64,000 nucleotides of DNA from Paraphysomonas bandaiensis (GCA_965644295.1 CBFFRP010000408.1:200983-264982), one strand, 5' to 3'. Positions 1-14,749 are shown, counted from the stretch's first letter. Notes: a model not told the origin generated them from the sequence alone. Numbers and translations are program-made.

Positions 1-214
1 ACATACATACACACACACGTGCACGCATATACACATACATACACATACATTCTTAGGGATAGTATCATAACCTCAGAGCCCACTCACTCACTCCCTGGCA
101 CCACATCATCTAACTTGTATATCATACTATTGTAGTGTGCCGATTAGTCATTGTGCATACTCTTCTCTTCCAAGCGACAGTATCCATATATAACTGAGAG
201 TCCTACCTGTTAAG

Positions 215-1677
215 ATGTCAGGCAGAGGAGTTGTAGTGTCCAGAACTGAATTAGATCGAATGAAACGGTCTGTTTTACCTCCAACTGAAAACTTTGCACG
301 CGAACAGAAAGCCGCACATTTAAAGAAGTTATCAAATGAACGTGTGAAGAATTGGCCGAATACACTAGAGGCACTCCGACACAAAAAAGAATCATACTTA
401 AAAGAAAAGGAAGAAATTGAAGAAAAGAAACGACAAGAGATTGATAGAGAGGTGAGTATGTCTTGTGGTGTATGAGTAGTCATGCTGATTGTTTTGTTTT
501 ATAGGAAGCGGAGTTGAGGCGGAAGACTCGTTTAGATTCAATTGAGAGAGCAAATAATTTACTCTACGAGCAAACAGACAAAATGAAGTATTTGAGAAGC
601 CAAGAGCTCTTGTCGGATGTTGTCTACAGCCGCCAGTTTCAATTAGATGAAAAGAAACAACGTGAAATGAAAGCGAAAGAAGAAGCAGCATTACACCACG
701 AGGTTATTTTGAAACAAGTTAGGGAAGGTGAAGCGAAGGAGCAGGCGCAACGCGAGCGCCTGAAGAAGAAAATGGAAGAAGTAACTGTATCGCGGAAGCA
801 GCAACTCGATGAAGTTTTTGCTCGTCGGTCGGCTGAATTGGAAGAGGAAAGGCAGATAGGCATTGAACTCAAGCGAGAAGCTGAACTTCAGCTTGAAAGA
901 GACAGAGTCGCCAGGTTGGAGAGACAAAAGCAGATCGATCAGAGTAATATTGAAATGGCTAAGGCTAACGAGCAGTTGAAGGTGCTTCGTGATGAGTACA
1001 GAGCTTTGGAGCTGGAAGAGATTGCCAGACGAGAAGCAGAAGTGGATGTGATAGAGAACCGAAAGAAAGTTCGAAAGGCACTAGAAATTAGAAAGTTTGA
1101 AAAGGCACAAGTGACACGACAGCAAATTATTGATGCCGCCACCAAAGCACTTGCAGCACATTCCAACAAAGAACAAGCTCGAATGGAGAAACAGGCATCG
1201 GAACAGCGTGCCAAGGAAGATTTGGCGATTGCTCAAAAGGCAAAGAAACGTGAAGATGAATGGAATGACATCGTACGCAGTCGGGCTCAGCAAGTTGAAC
1301 GGAAGAAAGCAGCGCGAGAGAGCGAGAGAATTGAGGAGGAGGAGCTCATTAAGTTGGCTCTGGAACAAGCAGCGGTCGCAGAAGAGAACGAGCGCAAAAA
1401 GGCTCAAAAGGCTAGAAATGCAATAGTTCAAGTCAAGAAGGAGCAACTTGCTATGGCTGCCACAAAGCGGAAGGAGAAGGTGGAGGAGAGGTTACTCGAC
1501 TATGAGCGCGAGAAGGCGTTGCACGCAGAAGATGGCAAGGATGATGCTAAGTTCAAAGAAATATGCAAGCAAGAGATAGCCCGATACAAAGCTGATGGGA
1601 AACCCCTTCTTCCTCTATACAGAGCAATGGAGCACAAGGCACCGGAGCTAATGGCTGTTACAGGATTTCGTATATAG
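215..1677 (+). CDS. CFAP210: Cilia/flagella-associated coiled-coil protein CFAP210/CCDC173-like (trichohyalin-plectin homology)
   Basis: Two exons, 215-451 and 505-1677, joined by a GT-AG intron (452-504) that keeps frame. The N-terminal SNERVKNWPNTLEA...EIDREEAELRRKTRLDSIERANNLLYEQTDKMK matches the CCDC173 signature; the rest is E/K/R coiled coil. Confidence 0.75.
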
Positions 1678-2867
1678 GGTACCACGTATTGTTGTGGTCT
1701 GTTCTTGTGTGAAGAGTGTGATTGCCACCGTGGCGTTGAATGACCGGAAAGCAGTGTTTAGTGTGCCCTGCTGTATTATTTACAAGAAGACCGTGCTAAC
1801 CTGACGGTATGTTACATAGTGTTTGAAGTAGCTTCTACAATATCAACGCGTCTAATATTGATATAACAAAATGATTAATAATCAGTTTTTGTATTACGAG
1901 TATATTTTGAGCGTTATACGTCCTAAAATTACGAAGCCCACTAAATGTCGTAGATTGTGTTTTCTATTCAGAATTTTTCATCATTTTGCAATGCTAGGAA
2001 TTAGATGCTTAGCTAATAGCTAACCCTAATCGAATAGTTTGGATACCTGCCACCAATTAATTGTTAAGTACTATATGCAATTAAGGACTTGTTGAGTTCT
2101 GCAGTATGATGCGATTATATATTATATAATATATATGGGCTATTGAAGTTAGTAATTGGTTAATAGTATGCAATAGGTGAAATCAACTCATAGGTGCAAC
2201 GGGAGAATGGAGAATATAGAATGTACTGACAAATGACAAAGGAAGAAAGGAAGTAAACTCAGCTTCTGATGTCTACGTAAGATATAGGAGTGGCTGGGAA
2301 ATAGATGTTGCTGAGAACAGATGTTCACCCTATGTTAAATTAATATGTTGTGAATTGTTTCGATTAAAAACTATAATTCTTACTTGAAAGTCTATTGTGT
2401 TCAACAAATCACGGTTAACTTCAGTGAAATGTCCAATTCTAACAGAGTTGACAAAAACCACATTATTTGTTATGGAGATTCTCGTGCTACTAATCGTCTG
2501 ACTAAAAACTTAAGACCAGCTACAACACAACAATTTGAACTACCGAACAAGCTTTGACAACTGATAATCAATCACAAAAATACTGATAGAGCATTTACCT
2601 CAACGATTCTACACACATGAGAGTCCATGCAGTTCATAAATGCTCAAATAAGATGCAAATACGACGTGTGCAGACAGATCACGACAGCAGAGCATTATCA
2701 CCCATAGATAACACAGATAGCAGCAGAGATGATTCCATGTTCACAGTACTAGCATCAATTCTGTTTAACACATGTGCAAATCAGGTGTGCACACAACACG
2801 GTTACAGATATAAATGACAAGCAGGGGTACCTACATCAATTTCCAGCTCATCCAACGGCGAAGTTCA

Positions 2868-4306
2868 CTAGTTAGTCGGGCGCTCCCACTGAGATACTCC
2901 AGTTCCTGAGTTATACCAGAACGTATTACCGTCTTCTGTCTTGTGCTCTGACCACCCAGCAGGGAGTGGAGGCGGTTTAGTCTGTTGCTGCGCTGGCTGT
3001 TGCACAGTCTGCTGCTGTCCTGTCCATCCCGAGGCCCCAGCACCGTAAGCAGAGGCGTTGGACTGGGAATACCCGCCTCCATACTGCTGCTGAGGTGCCA
3101 TATATGGGCTCTGCTGCTGATACATACCTCCCTGTTGTGGAGGGTATCCGTACTGCGGCATACCATACGGCGCTTGCTGCTGGCCATAAAACGCGCCCCC
3201 CATACCACCCATGCCCCCAGGGGCACCCATCATACTCAAGCGATTAGGTCCATTCGCTATGATCTCCTGTACCATTTGTGCCGCTGCTACCACACATTGG
3301 GGAAGTCCCGTGATATTGACCTTGCAGGGTGTTCCCTCAGGAACATTTTGATCAATTTGGACACGAGCACCGCTTCTGCCTTGAATTAGGTTTATAGTCT
3401 CCCCGCCGCGCCCAATAATACGCCCCACGTACTGCTTGGCACACTCAATAATCTGTGATCCAGGGTTTGAATTTGCGGGCGGCATCTGTTGCTGAGGCAT
3501 GCCCATACTGCCATCCATACCGAAAGAAGGAATCCCCATTGGGCCAGGTGGACCATTATCCATCACATATTTTATCATCATCGATGCCTGATGAACAGCA
3601 TCTTGATTGCCAGTAATTTGAATCTTTCGGGGGACGCCCTCAGGAAAATCTTGATCAATCTGCACCTTCGCGGCGCATCTAGTTTGGATATCGCGAATGG
3701 TGGCCCCACCCGCTCCAATAACTCTACCAACAAGGGATTGAGGACAATCAATTTCTTGGGTTATAACGGGTCCATTCAACATGTGTATAGCGGTAGGTCC
3801 CTTTTCAAGAACCATATCAACTAGTTTTCGCGCCGCCGCTATCTGCTCTTGTGTACCTGTAAACGTCACCTCCCTATTAACACCCTCTGGAAAATCTTGA
3901 TTGACATGAATTTTGCACCCAGATCGCGTCTGCATTTCTTGTATAATAGCACCACGTGACCCGATAATCTGTAAATAATATATAAGAGTGTGGATTACAT
4001 CATATGATTATATACATATACACGTATACGACTGACCTGACCGACTTTACTCGGAGACACTTCAAGCTTCTCAAAGAACTCTCCGCTGGCTGTCATATAC
4101 GGGGGGGCATTGGCAACACCGGAATCATTTAGTTTAGGTTTTTTATTGTCGTCGTTGTTGTCATCTGTGTGTTCAGAGGTGAGCTCCTCCCTCTTCCTCT
4201 TTAACTCCTGGTCCAGATCATTGTCATGATTGTGCTCATGCTCCTCACTGGGGAGGACAGTCGCAGTGTCTTGCGCAGGACTGGATTCAGTGGCGTTATC
4301 TGACAT
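2868..4306 (-). CDS. Multi-KH-domain RNA-binding protein (FUBP/KHSRP-like) with C-terminal WW domain
   Basis: Intron 3969-4036. Three KH GxxG loops (IIGSRG, VIGAGG, IIGRGG), a G/Q/Y/P low-complexity tail and a WW motif LPAGWSEHKTEDGNTFWYNSGTGVSQWERP. Confidence 0.85.
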
Positions 4307-6445
4307 GACAGACTATCAGTGTTTAGCCGATAGGAGAGATGAGTGTGTGTCTATTTATTGCAGAGGTATATATACACACACAGATTGGGCTCGTAGTACT
4401 GCTGTATTATATCTGTGGTATGGTGTGCCTGCATGAAATATGCGGACTCCACAGATATATCCACAGTCGTGTAGTAAGTAGATCTGCTGTATGTGTGTAC
4501 ATGTATGTGCAGTGCGCGTATCTCCCAACAATACCACACACTACTTGGACTGTACTTTGCGTATACCGCGTATACCAGGACAACATACGAGAAATCCCAA
4601 CCACACATGAAAGTCAACGCAAAATCATCAGTTTATGAATTTCTTTGTACAAAACTGTATGTTTTGGGAGGTATAAAACCCCATATCCTCGTAATATCGT
4701 CCACCCTCATATAGATATCCAGATATAGTATAGAGCGATATCTACTCTATAAGCAGAGGCCGTTTCAGGGGATTCCATCAATTTTGTTTGTATTTATCAT
4801 CAGGATGTTGGCTGTTATGCATGAATGAGGGTGTGATACTGAGGCACTGGTCGAATCTATATCTGAGGGTCCTCTCGAGCTAGCTATACTAATATATATG
4901 CTCTACACACAAACCTTCAACACTGGCTTTCAAAGATACATGTAGAGAGAGTAATAGAATTGCTCCGTATATACACTTATATGAATAACAACACTTATAG
5001 CTGAATATACTGATATATAAAGAGAAGCGGCGAGAGTATAGAGCCTTATGATTTTATCAACTGTATTATGTACAAGTAAAATCGTGGAGTGGAAATAACT
5101 GAAATAGTGAATCGATAGTTGGTACAGGGGTCGTAGACTGCCGCTTGATAAAGTCTTGTATACGTATTTGCAAGTTTTTAGCACTGTATGTACTATTATA
5201 GTCTTAAAAATGAAACATGGGAACTATATTCAAATCCACAGTATCATACTCTTATTAACAACAGACAAAATTACGTTATCTACAATCTTACATTTGTGGC
5301 TCAACTTATATATCACTTTTATACGTGCTCTTACACGCACTACAATATGTAATATACGTAACCATCACGTAATATAATATTTATTCATACACCTTGCATA
5401 TGGTACACCGAACTGCACTACATAACACAGGTATACAAGAACGGCATACTTTATCCACCATGTATAGATTATTGACTCTACATTTCACAAATTCTTTATC
5501 TATTAGTATATATATACCTAGTCATTATTCCGAGTCTTTAAATAACATGAAATACACAAATACACTATAGATGAGACACAAAAGTCTCTGAGTCTGCTTG
5601 CTTCTAGAGTGAAGAAATTGTATCTTATTATCACGATTCCGTGATCAAATGAATAAACATCATTCATATTCAATACCAAGCACATCAGTCTAATTCAGTT
5701 TATCACAATAACTCATCATCAAAGTAGAAGAGAAGATATATTCAGTATTCTCATTGTAGTTGAAGCCTTGTGTACGTAGTTCCAAGCATAGTCAATAAAC
5801 AATAAGCACTGAAAGAAATATGTAAAGTACAACTGTATTACTGAATAATCTGGCAATACACGTGTATCAGCGTGTATATCAAACCCGGATTCTCCAGTAA
5901 ACTTCTCCAGCCTTAAGCATCAATATATATATGTATATAGTATATATGTATAATAATATATATATACACATCATCAATCAATATCTTCATCATTATTCTT
6001 CAATATGATAATCCTGTCTTTCTTTATCTTTTGAAGGGATATAAGTATCAATGATGAGCATGAGTTGTCATAGTCATAATATATCATATACCGTAATGAG
6101 AAATATAGTAATAATAATATAATAATCAACCTATGTTGCACAGATAGTATGTACAAACTTCAGATATACAATAGAGAGCTCACATAGTAGCTAAGAAAAC
6201 CGAATAGCTGGTTATTACATAGACTATAGTATATAGTATATATATGTAATCTTGGTGTGTCCATTAGGGTCAGATGTGGGGAAAGAGTTGACTGATATCT
6301 AATATATGTAGCGATATATAAGTAGTACACCCAGAACTAGCAAAGCCAATGACAAACTTCAGATGCTAGCAAAATTACCGGTATGAATTAGTCTTTTAAC
6401 TACTCTGCATAATAAACATTTAACTCCCAAATAGTATATGCCTAA

Positions 6446-7372
6446 CTACTCATTTCGCTTGAGATTATTTAGTCGTGCTTCGAGTTCACTCATGGCTGTT
6501 CCAGAGGAAGAACCTCCTCCTGGGGCACTTCCACCACCAACTCCTTCCGCCACAGCTATAGAGTCATGTAGTATTTAGGATGCGTCATGATAAAAACTAC
6601 ATTGCCATTACCTTTTTGTTCTGTAGGTTCGGCTGTCTGAGCAGATTCCTTTCCTTCGGGGGCATCAGGAACCCCTTCCATCTGTTGGATTCCAAGCTCA
6701 TCGAGTACCTGCGAAACCACCAGTTCTTCCTCTTCTTCTGCTCCATCTTCCTCCATAGCGTCATCAAGAGCATCGCCAATTGACTCCTGCACCAATTCAG
6801 ACTTCTCATTCTCCCGAGCAAAATCCATCATTATTTTTTGTAGTCCTGGTACTGATACTTGCTTGTTCATAGTGGTCAAGGCTTTAGTCACTCCTCTCTG
6901 CAAACCAAGTTGAACATATATGAACATGGTCATAGTATAAATAACGCACCATTGCCGAAGCCATTGCGTCTTGAGACTTCACTGTCTACTAAAGTCGTTA
7001 GGTACAAAATTTCATTGAAATCATATTTTACCAATAATTTCATTGATACTCCATTTAAATGAGATTTCATTTCGATAAAGCGGGATATGTTTCGTCTTGT
7101 CCGAACAAGATCTTTAGCCATCACTTTGGCAGCCGTCTTTATACCCAACGATGAAAGTATAAATAACTTCGTCAAATCAAACACTTATAGCAAGATGAAC
7201 TTACATACTGATTTTCTTTGCCTGCTTTTTTAATATCACCTTCCAGTTTTTTCGCATTTCTTTCTAGGTTTTTAATTTCTCTGTCCAGTTCACGAATGGA
7301 TTTGTTAATCATGCGCTGATTTTCCCTAACAATTTCTTTAAGAGTTTTTTGAGGCCCGAATACGTTGCCCAT
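6446..7372 (-). CDS. VPS2: ESCRT-III subunit VPS2/CHMP2 (Snf7 family)
   Basis: Multi-exon. MGNVFGPQKTLKEIVRENQRMINKSIRELDRE, AKVMAKDLVRTRR, QKIMMDFARENE, VVSQVLDELGI and the C-terminal MIM-like ELEARLNNLKR. Confidence 0.9.
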
Positions 7373-7961
7373 TTTAGTATAATGCTATACGAGATAAGAC
7401 ACTGCGGGGGTCTAAGTATTCAATACGTAATATACAACAAACACAAAGCAGTGTGTTGAATAAGGTACTGCAGATCAGAGAGGTACGCTAATGTTGCTTC
7501 TAGCACAGCAGGTTCTTGTTAAGAGCAAGAGATATGCCGTCCAGGGGCTGCAGTGTGTATGTACTGTATGTTATGGTATGTGGATGATGTACATGTATGT
7601 ATGATGGGTTTGTATATACAAGATACAGTCACAGGGAGTGTTTTTTGGAAGGGAAAAAATGAGCTGAAGAAAAAGAGTCGCCCAAAGAACTCTCCTCTTG
7701 TTAGACAGTATACGGTTGTATATACTGTATATCAGCTGGAGATCGTATTACAGAATACTGCTGTATAAAACAATCGTTTCACTGCTAGTTTGGTAGTCGT
7801 CTGTATATTATGTATACGCAGCAGTAAGCCTCTATGCATAGAGCAGGTAAGTAGCAGGCTCTGGAGGTGGATGTTCAGAGTGTGTTATCTACAAGGATTC
7901 CAATGGAATTATCGGAGTAGTAAACTACAGTGTCTGTGTGGTGTGCGGTAGAACATTAACG

Positions 7962-9647
7962 ATGTCAGATGAATCTATCGACTACACATCTCCGTCATAC
8001 ATACTTCAAAACATCTCTTATCAGAACCACTTCGAGAAATTTGAAAGCATCTCATCAGACACTCGACTGCGTGTCATTCAAAACATTCGTGATCAAGTCT
8101 GCTTCTATGTTGCGTGTGTATTAAAGGCTTTCGTTCGAGCTGAGCGTGCTCCAACTATTGTTATATACGGCGCAGGCTTTGTGGGCTCCACTATTATAGA
8201 GGCTCTTGTGGACTGCGGATGCAGCAGTCTATTGAGAATATTTACTAGAGATGAGACTACAATCGCAGCATGGAAAGAAAAGGGTATCAAGTCGACTACA
8301 CGGTTTAGGAGCGGTTTCTTTGCGGATATTTTGATACTGTGTGCAAATTTGGCGAGTTTCAGTCAGTTTTGTCGAGATATGAGCCCACATATAACTCCAA
8401 AGACTTTTGTAATATCATCAGTATTTGGTCTTCAACGACGACGTCTCTTCAGTATTTTGCGAACACCTGGTATATTTCGTGTATTCGTGGAACGCAAAAC
8501 AAGTCCGTCTCCTGACGACAGTCATACCCTACCTCGACTGGCATCTCCCCCACCACCTAGTAAAAGTAAAACCCCAACATCTCCTTTGTCAGCGACCTCG
8601 TCCGTACCACTTCGCAGAAAGAATTCTCGTCCTGGGAGCCCTCCTATGGAGAAGCATCCATCTTCCACACATAAACTAGCTCCATCTACTACTGCAGACT
8701 CCTCGAAAATGTCTCCGCAGGAAATTTCTGCAAGGTTCTTAGCTGGTCGCAAGAATTCTGTTCGGAATTTGATTATTATATTAGAGAATTATTTTATAAT
8801 CAGCGGGATTCCTGCCATAAGCGCACGGAGCGAAGCCCTGGACTCTATTGTTGGATCGGAATCTGTTCTGCCTGCAACAAGACTAAGTTCTGTGGCTGGC
8901 TCCACCGTCTCTGCGGGTGATCCACCTGAAGACACTTTTGAACCTGCTGGGTATTTGTCCCAACAATCGACTGCGTCTATACTATCAACAGGAGAGGTGT
9001 CAGACTCGCACGATGGATTTAGTAATGCTGTCTCGGAGGAAAATAGTAATGATGACGTTGTCAACAATAAAATACTCGCACGGCAATCGTCACGGCGGCC
9101 AGCAATGTTTGTGGATATGCCTTCCCATCTTAAGGTAATACGCCGAGCTCTAGGAGAGCTTAACACAAAGTACTGCGAGGCTTTTAAGCAAGAGCTTTCA
9201 AGGCATATATTAGTTATTGACTTGCCTACCGTTCAACAAGACGAGGCGGATGTAAGAAGCAGTCCACTGCCAAAAACAAGAAAAAATACTAGAAGTAAAA
9301 TCAATCGCCTTCCCACAAGGGGCATAGTCTCAAATCCTGCACCAAACTGGGAGGAGTCTGTATTACGTGATGAGAAACTCTTAGATATATTTAAGGGAGA
9401 TTCTGTGTCTTCATATTTGACAGATGGTAAGAGTGAGTATTTAGATGAAATCGACGCAGAGAGTGGCGATGAAGACGATGGAAACGGGGATACTACTGAA
9501 TCCGATATACGAGAACAACTAACAGAAAGATATTATATCGTTAGAAACGACTCTATTCCTATGGACCCGACTCGTCCACCACCTATGAATTTGCAGCGTA
9601 TGCCGAAATCGTCTTTTGTGGATCTGGCACTTATGGGGCAAAAATGA
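7962..9647 (+). CDS. NAD(P)-binding Rossmann-fold protein, NOXRED1/pyrroline-5-carboxylate-reductase-like N-terminus with long S/P-rich tail
   Basis: Long ORF; TIVIYGAGFVGSTII is a GxGxxG dinucleotide-binding motif, followed by ADILILCA. Start codon uncertain (possible short upstream exon near 7834). Confidence 0.5.
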   Translation: MSDESIDYTSPSYILQNISYQNHFEKFESISSDTRLRVIQNIRDQVCFYVACVLKAFVRAERAPTIVIYGAGFVGSTIIEALVDCGCSSLLRIFTRDETTIAAWKEKGIKSTTRFRSGFFADILILCANLASFSQFCRDMSPHITPKTFVISSVFGLQRRRLFSILRTPGIFRVFVERKTSPSPDDSHTLPRLASPPPPSKSKTPTSPLSATSSVPLRRKNSRPGSPPMEKHPSSTHKLAPSTTADSSKMSPQEISARFLAGRKNSVRNLIIILENYFIISGIPAISARSEALDSIVGSESVLPATRLSSVAGSTVSAGDPPEDTFEPAGYLSQQSTASILSTGEVSDSHDGFSNAVSEENSNDDVVNNKILARQSSRRPAMFVDMPSHLKVIRRALGELNTKYCEAFKQELSRHILVIDLPTVQQDEADVRSSPLPKTRKNTRSKINRLPTRGIVSNPAPNWEESVLRDEKLLDIFKGDSVSSYLTDGKSEYLDEIDAESGDEDDGNGDTTESDIREQLTERYYIVRNDSIPMDPTRPPPMNLQRMPKSSFVDLALMGQK

Positions 9648-10521
9648 ATCATGTTATTCTTTTATTTGCTTAAGCTATATATTTACTCGATGTCTGTGTT
9701 GAACATTTCATCGTTGACGATTTAGTGCTTCACTGGTGTACTTGTAGTGAGTGAAGTGTGACCTGTGGTTGCAGCGAATTGAAAGTTACGTAACCGTTAA
9801 TGACTAGGACCTGTAAAATAAGAATGTTAATAGATACTTATATGGGAAATAGCATTAACCACAATACGATGTTCCCAGAGAAAAATGATTAATGCAATGT
9901 TTTCTTTTCTATTGTGGTCCTGCCAATGTAAATGCTATATGCAATGAATACCAACACGTTCTAAAGTTCTTCATATTTTTTACAACTATATATAAAATAT
10001 TAAACCTTCCGTATTCAATTAGAGCTTTTAAGATAAGCTATTTTGTCTGACTATCTAGTCCGCAACTGCTCGTGGTAGCCATGATTGTGATATCAACAAG
10101 ATAATCTCTACTCTCCACTGATTCACTACTTCAGGATCAGTATTATCGTTTTGTGTGAGGGGTTGCTGCATGTCGTTACTATATATGTACATTTTAATAG
10201 ATATCAACAACAAATCTGATGACTCGGGCGAAATTTTTCATATCGTTACTGTCATACTGAAATGTTGCCATTCAGGTAATAGAAAACAGACTACTACTAG
10301 ATACTAGACTCATTCGTGTGTACTGTGCACTTGTTAGTATATAACGCTCGAAGGCAGATAATATCTACTGCTATTCATTGGCACTTAATACATTGAAGTA
10401 ATGGACAAAGTTATGTTTAACGGCCTTTTAGTTTAAAACGGCTAGTGGCAAGTTTTATGCAGGTCGAATAACACCAGTTCTATTCAATCCTTACAAGGTG
10501 TCAAAGATAACTCACACCAAT

Positions 10522-10862
10522 TTATTCGGGACGAGTGTACTCAGTTGCCAATTCTCCACGAAGGAAATGCTTTCTTGAATCACCAAACAATCTGACATCG
10601 GGAGATGAAGTCATGAAGTAAATACCATAGCTGGGAACAAATATAGCCATAGCAATGCATATTCCCATGACAGGATATGCCCCTTCATCAGAAAGCCAGA
10701 TTTGCTTGAAAGTCTTCTCCTGAAACTTTCCAGTCCTTATTTTTGCGGTGCCTCCCATGTGTCTGCAATAATAACTCAACTGGGCAATAAGCGAATAGGT
10801 CCCTGATCATACCTGCACGCAACTTTACTTCTAGAAAGAATTCTCCCTGCTGAAAACATCAT
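10522..10862 (-). CDS. B12D/NDUFA4-like small mitochondrial membrane protein
   Basis: Exon 1 resembles a presequence (MMFSAGRILSRSKVAC); intron 10763-10812; exon 2 has WLSDEGAYPVMG, one TM helix and SPDVR. Confidence 0.7.
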
Positions 10863-11376
10863 CTTGACAGTTGTGGTGTATAGAAACTGTTAGGAGTAGT
10901 GTCTCTAATATATGTAAGGGGTGCAGTGAGTATTGTTGCAATGCCACTCTGCAATAATTCGGGCTATGAATGCAAAATATGTGCAAGCGATGTGCATAGC
11001 ATACAGTGACGGTATACGTAGAGCTCCTATGCTCCTATACATACCCAACTGTTGCAATTCTAACCACAAACTGAACTACTCTAGAATACAATAATAGAAT
11101 ACAGTGCATTCGACATACTGTCGAACTGTTTTTAATAAAAAGTTGCAGTTTTCAGTTTATTTTGAAATTTCGGATTTTTAGACCTCAAATATGGCGTTTT
11201 CTATGAATGTGTTTCAGTACATTCGAAAACTATTTAATTAAATTAAATACAACTCAAACTATAGCATTAAGACACTGACATGCGTGCCACACCACCCGCC
11301 TTGCATTAAAACAAATCAAAGAATTCCATTGTGTACAGAAAGAGTTCCGTTATAAAGTGCATTGAATAAAGTCGTC

Positions 11377-13798
11377 ATGAGGAGGAGGGACAAGCCGCTG
11401 GATATTTATAAAAAATTGCAAATAGTTCGTGCAATCGAAGAATTAATATACGATGAAGAGACCGGGTTGGCTACTGAGCGGGTGAAAACTGTTGATGTCG
11501 ATACCTTTAAAGCCGTAAGTTACATTAAACTGCATATCAAACCTTCTGACTGTTCGGCAGCCTGTCGTGCAGAAAAAGAAACTGAATATCCCTATCGGGG
11601 ACGTTAGCTATGATGCCGACTATGATACTCAAGTGCCTTCAGACTTTTCTGTACCACAAAATTATGTACGCTACACCAAAAAGATAGGTGATGACGAAGA
11701 TATTACAGTTGATTATTGCTTAGAGAGCGAAGATATGGTTCGTTATATTCAGTTGCATGTACGTCTTTTATATGTGCGCTAGGTCTGGCTGAAAGAACAC
11801 CCTAAGCTGAATGCTGATACAGAACTGAAGAATCACCTTACGAGTTCTGCATTTGAAAGGATTATTAATATATTTGAACGAAGTACAGGGTTCGGAGATC
11901 CGATTGATCAGGTTCGTTGAACGCTTTTTTCTCTAACCGTAATGCTTACTGTATTTTCGTATAGTGTACAGCTGAGAGACTAGTGTGTCAATTCTTGCAA
12001 TGGCGCCCACAAATTGCTAATAAACTAGTAGTGGAGGTATATCAGCGGTGGCTATGGAAGCGCTCGCGTATTCAGAAACCACTTTGCCGCCGCTACTGGC
12101 CCCAGACTTCAGCTACTGATACGAATCCTCACCTAGTCTTCCGCCCTCGGGAAAAAGAGAAATACAAACTAAGAAAGCATCGTAAGAACGATCTACAGTC
12201 CTTTAGGTGAGCATATTTAATCATATTTTCTGGGCAAGTAGTTATATCCACGACAGAAAGCTGCAATCCCTTCGCAAAGAGTTCGGAAAGGCACGTGTGC
12301 TTCTGCAGTTAGTTTTGGAGAGGGAACTCCTCAAGCAGGCGGAGCTACGCGTACAGGAGGAGATTTTTCATCAGAGACTGAGGGACTTAGGCTGCACAAC
12401 GATTGAGCCTAAGCCCTTCCGATACTCTCTGCGGTTTGACCACCTTGTGATGGTGATGACTTTTTATCCACGTAGATATTTCTAAATGTATTTACAGAAG
12501 GAGCAGTCGACGGTTTCGTCAGGGGAGGCGGAGAGCGCTGGAGATGGTCTAAAGCTTACCCTGAAACTGAAGGGGTATGTCTCAATCTGTTGTGTATCTA
12601 TGTAACGTCTATTATTCTGTAGCAGCTCAGACACAGCTACCACTGGTGCTGGCGACAGCACGACGGCTGCAACTCCCGCTGTGCAGCCTTCTGGGGCACG
12701 AAAGAGGAAATCAGGTTTTGCGTTTGCATTCGTTCTCGCTTTTGTTTTATTTTTATTTGTAGAGGGTGGGAGATCTCGCAAAAGAGACCGGGCTTCTGCG
12801 GCTAGCACCAGTGCAGCTGCAGCTGCACAGGAAGGGAGAGAAGCTTCAGCTGCAAGTGCCACACCCGCGCAGGATAGCGTTCCTTGGCGACCATGCCTTC
12901 CCCAGTGTCCTTGGCCCAGTTTTATGGAGCCACTTTCTACTCGGGAAGAAGTGGTGGTACCACAGTCCATGGGTCGGTATATGGAGGACCTGGAGTTGCA
13001 ACATGATAGAGGGCGAATCGCCAGGTTTCGTTGCAGGGGGAGGGTTGGAAGGGGTGGCCGCATCGTTATGGATAGAATACCGGTACTACCCTGCTTTGTT
13101 GTATATATGATGTCGTATTATTTGTCTGTCCTTGAGCTGATAGACCGCAGGTATACTCCTCTGATTGTGAGTCCCCAGAAGCGGGAGATTCAGTCTGCAC
13201 CAACTCCCTTTCTTCCAGATTTCGTGATCCAGCTATTCTTGCTCGATCTAGAACGGGCAATCCTTGCAATGCTGTCGAGTACATGTACCCAACGCAGTTG
13301 TCTGATGTGAATGCTCAGCTGCGCATGCAAAAGATTGCTGAAGCATTAGGCTATGGTTCGCTTTCAGAAGGAGGGCAACTATCTAGTAGTCGAAGTGGTA
13401 CGGTGTCAGGGTATGGAACTCCTTGTGCGTTTCCCGTTGGCCTTGGCGACCTGCATAGTGCTGAATCTATGCAGGCGCTCACTCAATATCTTAACCCTAC
13501 CCAGCACCAGGCTGTCCTTGGCTTAGGATCGTTGATGTCAGGAACAGCAATGCTTGCACCTCCTGAAAGTGATGCTGTGTCATCACTTGTGACTCCAGAA
13601 GAATTGGATATATATCGCATGAGTGACTCAGAAGACGAGGTAGTTGAAGTCATTAGAGATCCCAACAGGCGCGGCCCAGGTACGCAACTAACTTATCTCT
13701 GTTAAGGATTTCTAAATGATTGCCTTGTTACAGATGCCCTTATGGGTGATCGATACGTTGCAAATAAATCTGTAGTACGTTACACACTGAGAGCATAA
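11377..13798 (+). CDS. EPC: Enhancer of polycomb-like protein (NuA4/TIP60 subunit EPC/EPL1)
   Basis: Multi-exon. KPLDIYKKLQI, VDYCLESED, FERIINIFE, VYQRWLWKR, DTNPHLVFRPREKE and LVLERELLK form the EPL1 domain; RxRGRVGRGGRIVMDR is EPC C-terminal-region-like. Confidence 0.85.
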
Positions 13799-14749
13799 CC
13801 GTGACGCATTCATTGCAACCACTGGTATTGACGTATCGTGCAGTATGGTCGTGTTATATTATATTTAGGTGCAATCAAGAAGCAATATAGACCTGTTAAA
13901 TACATGCGTCAGTGACCCATATAGTATAGTCGTTGTGTGTGTTTGTTATTTTGCATACCCACTCTAACTAATGTGTTCTCGGAATTCAGTTTTTAGCATC
14001 TGATTATTTCGAAAAGTAATAAGAAATGAGGAATGTGCAATGCGGTAATATCTTTTATATATATCTTTTAGAGGAACAAGATATAAATAACAAACAGAAT
14101 GTATGATTGACGACTTGCCTAATAGAATCATAGGTTTACGTTATTAATGTGACGACCTGGTAGTGTCTTTGAGCAAGAAAGTGTAAGCAGTATGAATAGG
14201 AAGGAATTTTCATAGAGTCGTAAAATATTTTATATTTCGAAATAATACGCTGCCCTGTGTCCCAGGTCTGCGTATCAGGGCTGCGTAATAATTCACTTCA
14301 GTAAATGACGATATGGGCGAGAAACTGGCTCAAAAAGTCATTTCACGAGTGTTCTTTGAGAAAATAAATGATAGTAATATAATAGCGAAGAGGTTGCAAT
14401 ACAGACTTGGCAATTCCGGAAGTGCCCTGTAGGAAAAGGTGTTCTGAAACGAAAGAAAGGTTTTGGGTGGAGCAATATGTCGCAGCATGCTATCAAGCAT
14501 AAGGGATGGAAAGATAAATTTTTGGCTGCCCCCAGCGAGGTGGTGGTGCGATGAGTAAATGTGTCGAGGGCAAAGTATCACCTTAAGCGTGGAATGCGTA
14601 TCACTGATTGGAGTGGGTCCTTTATACATAATAGAGGATCTTCCTTTTTCTTTCGTGGAAAAACTATTGACACGAGAGTACACCAGGTTGAGTAATATTT
14701 CGGTTTGATAGTTGATGAATGGATGTGCTGCAAGGAACGTTGATGGATG

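Noticed and set aside
5947-6142. Possible solo LTR (TG...CA; shares GAAGGGATATAAGT with the LTR at 59292)
   Set aside because: No TSD and little further similarity; cannot be supported.
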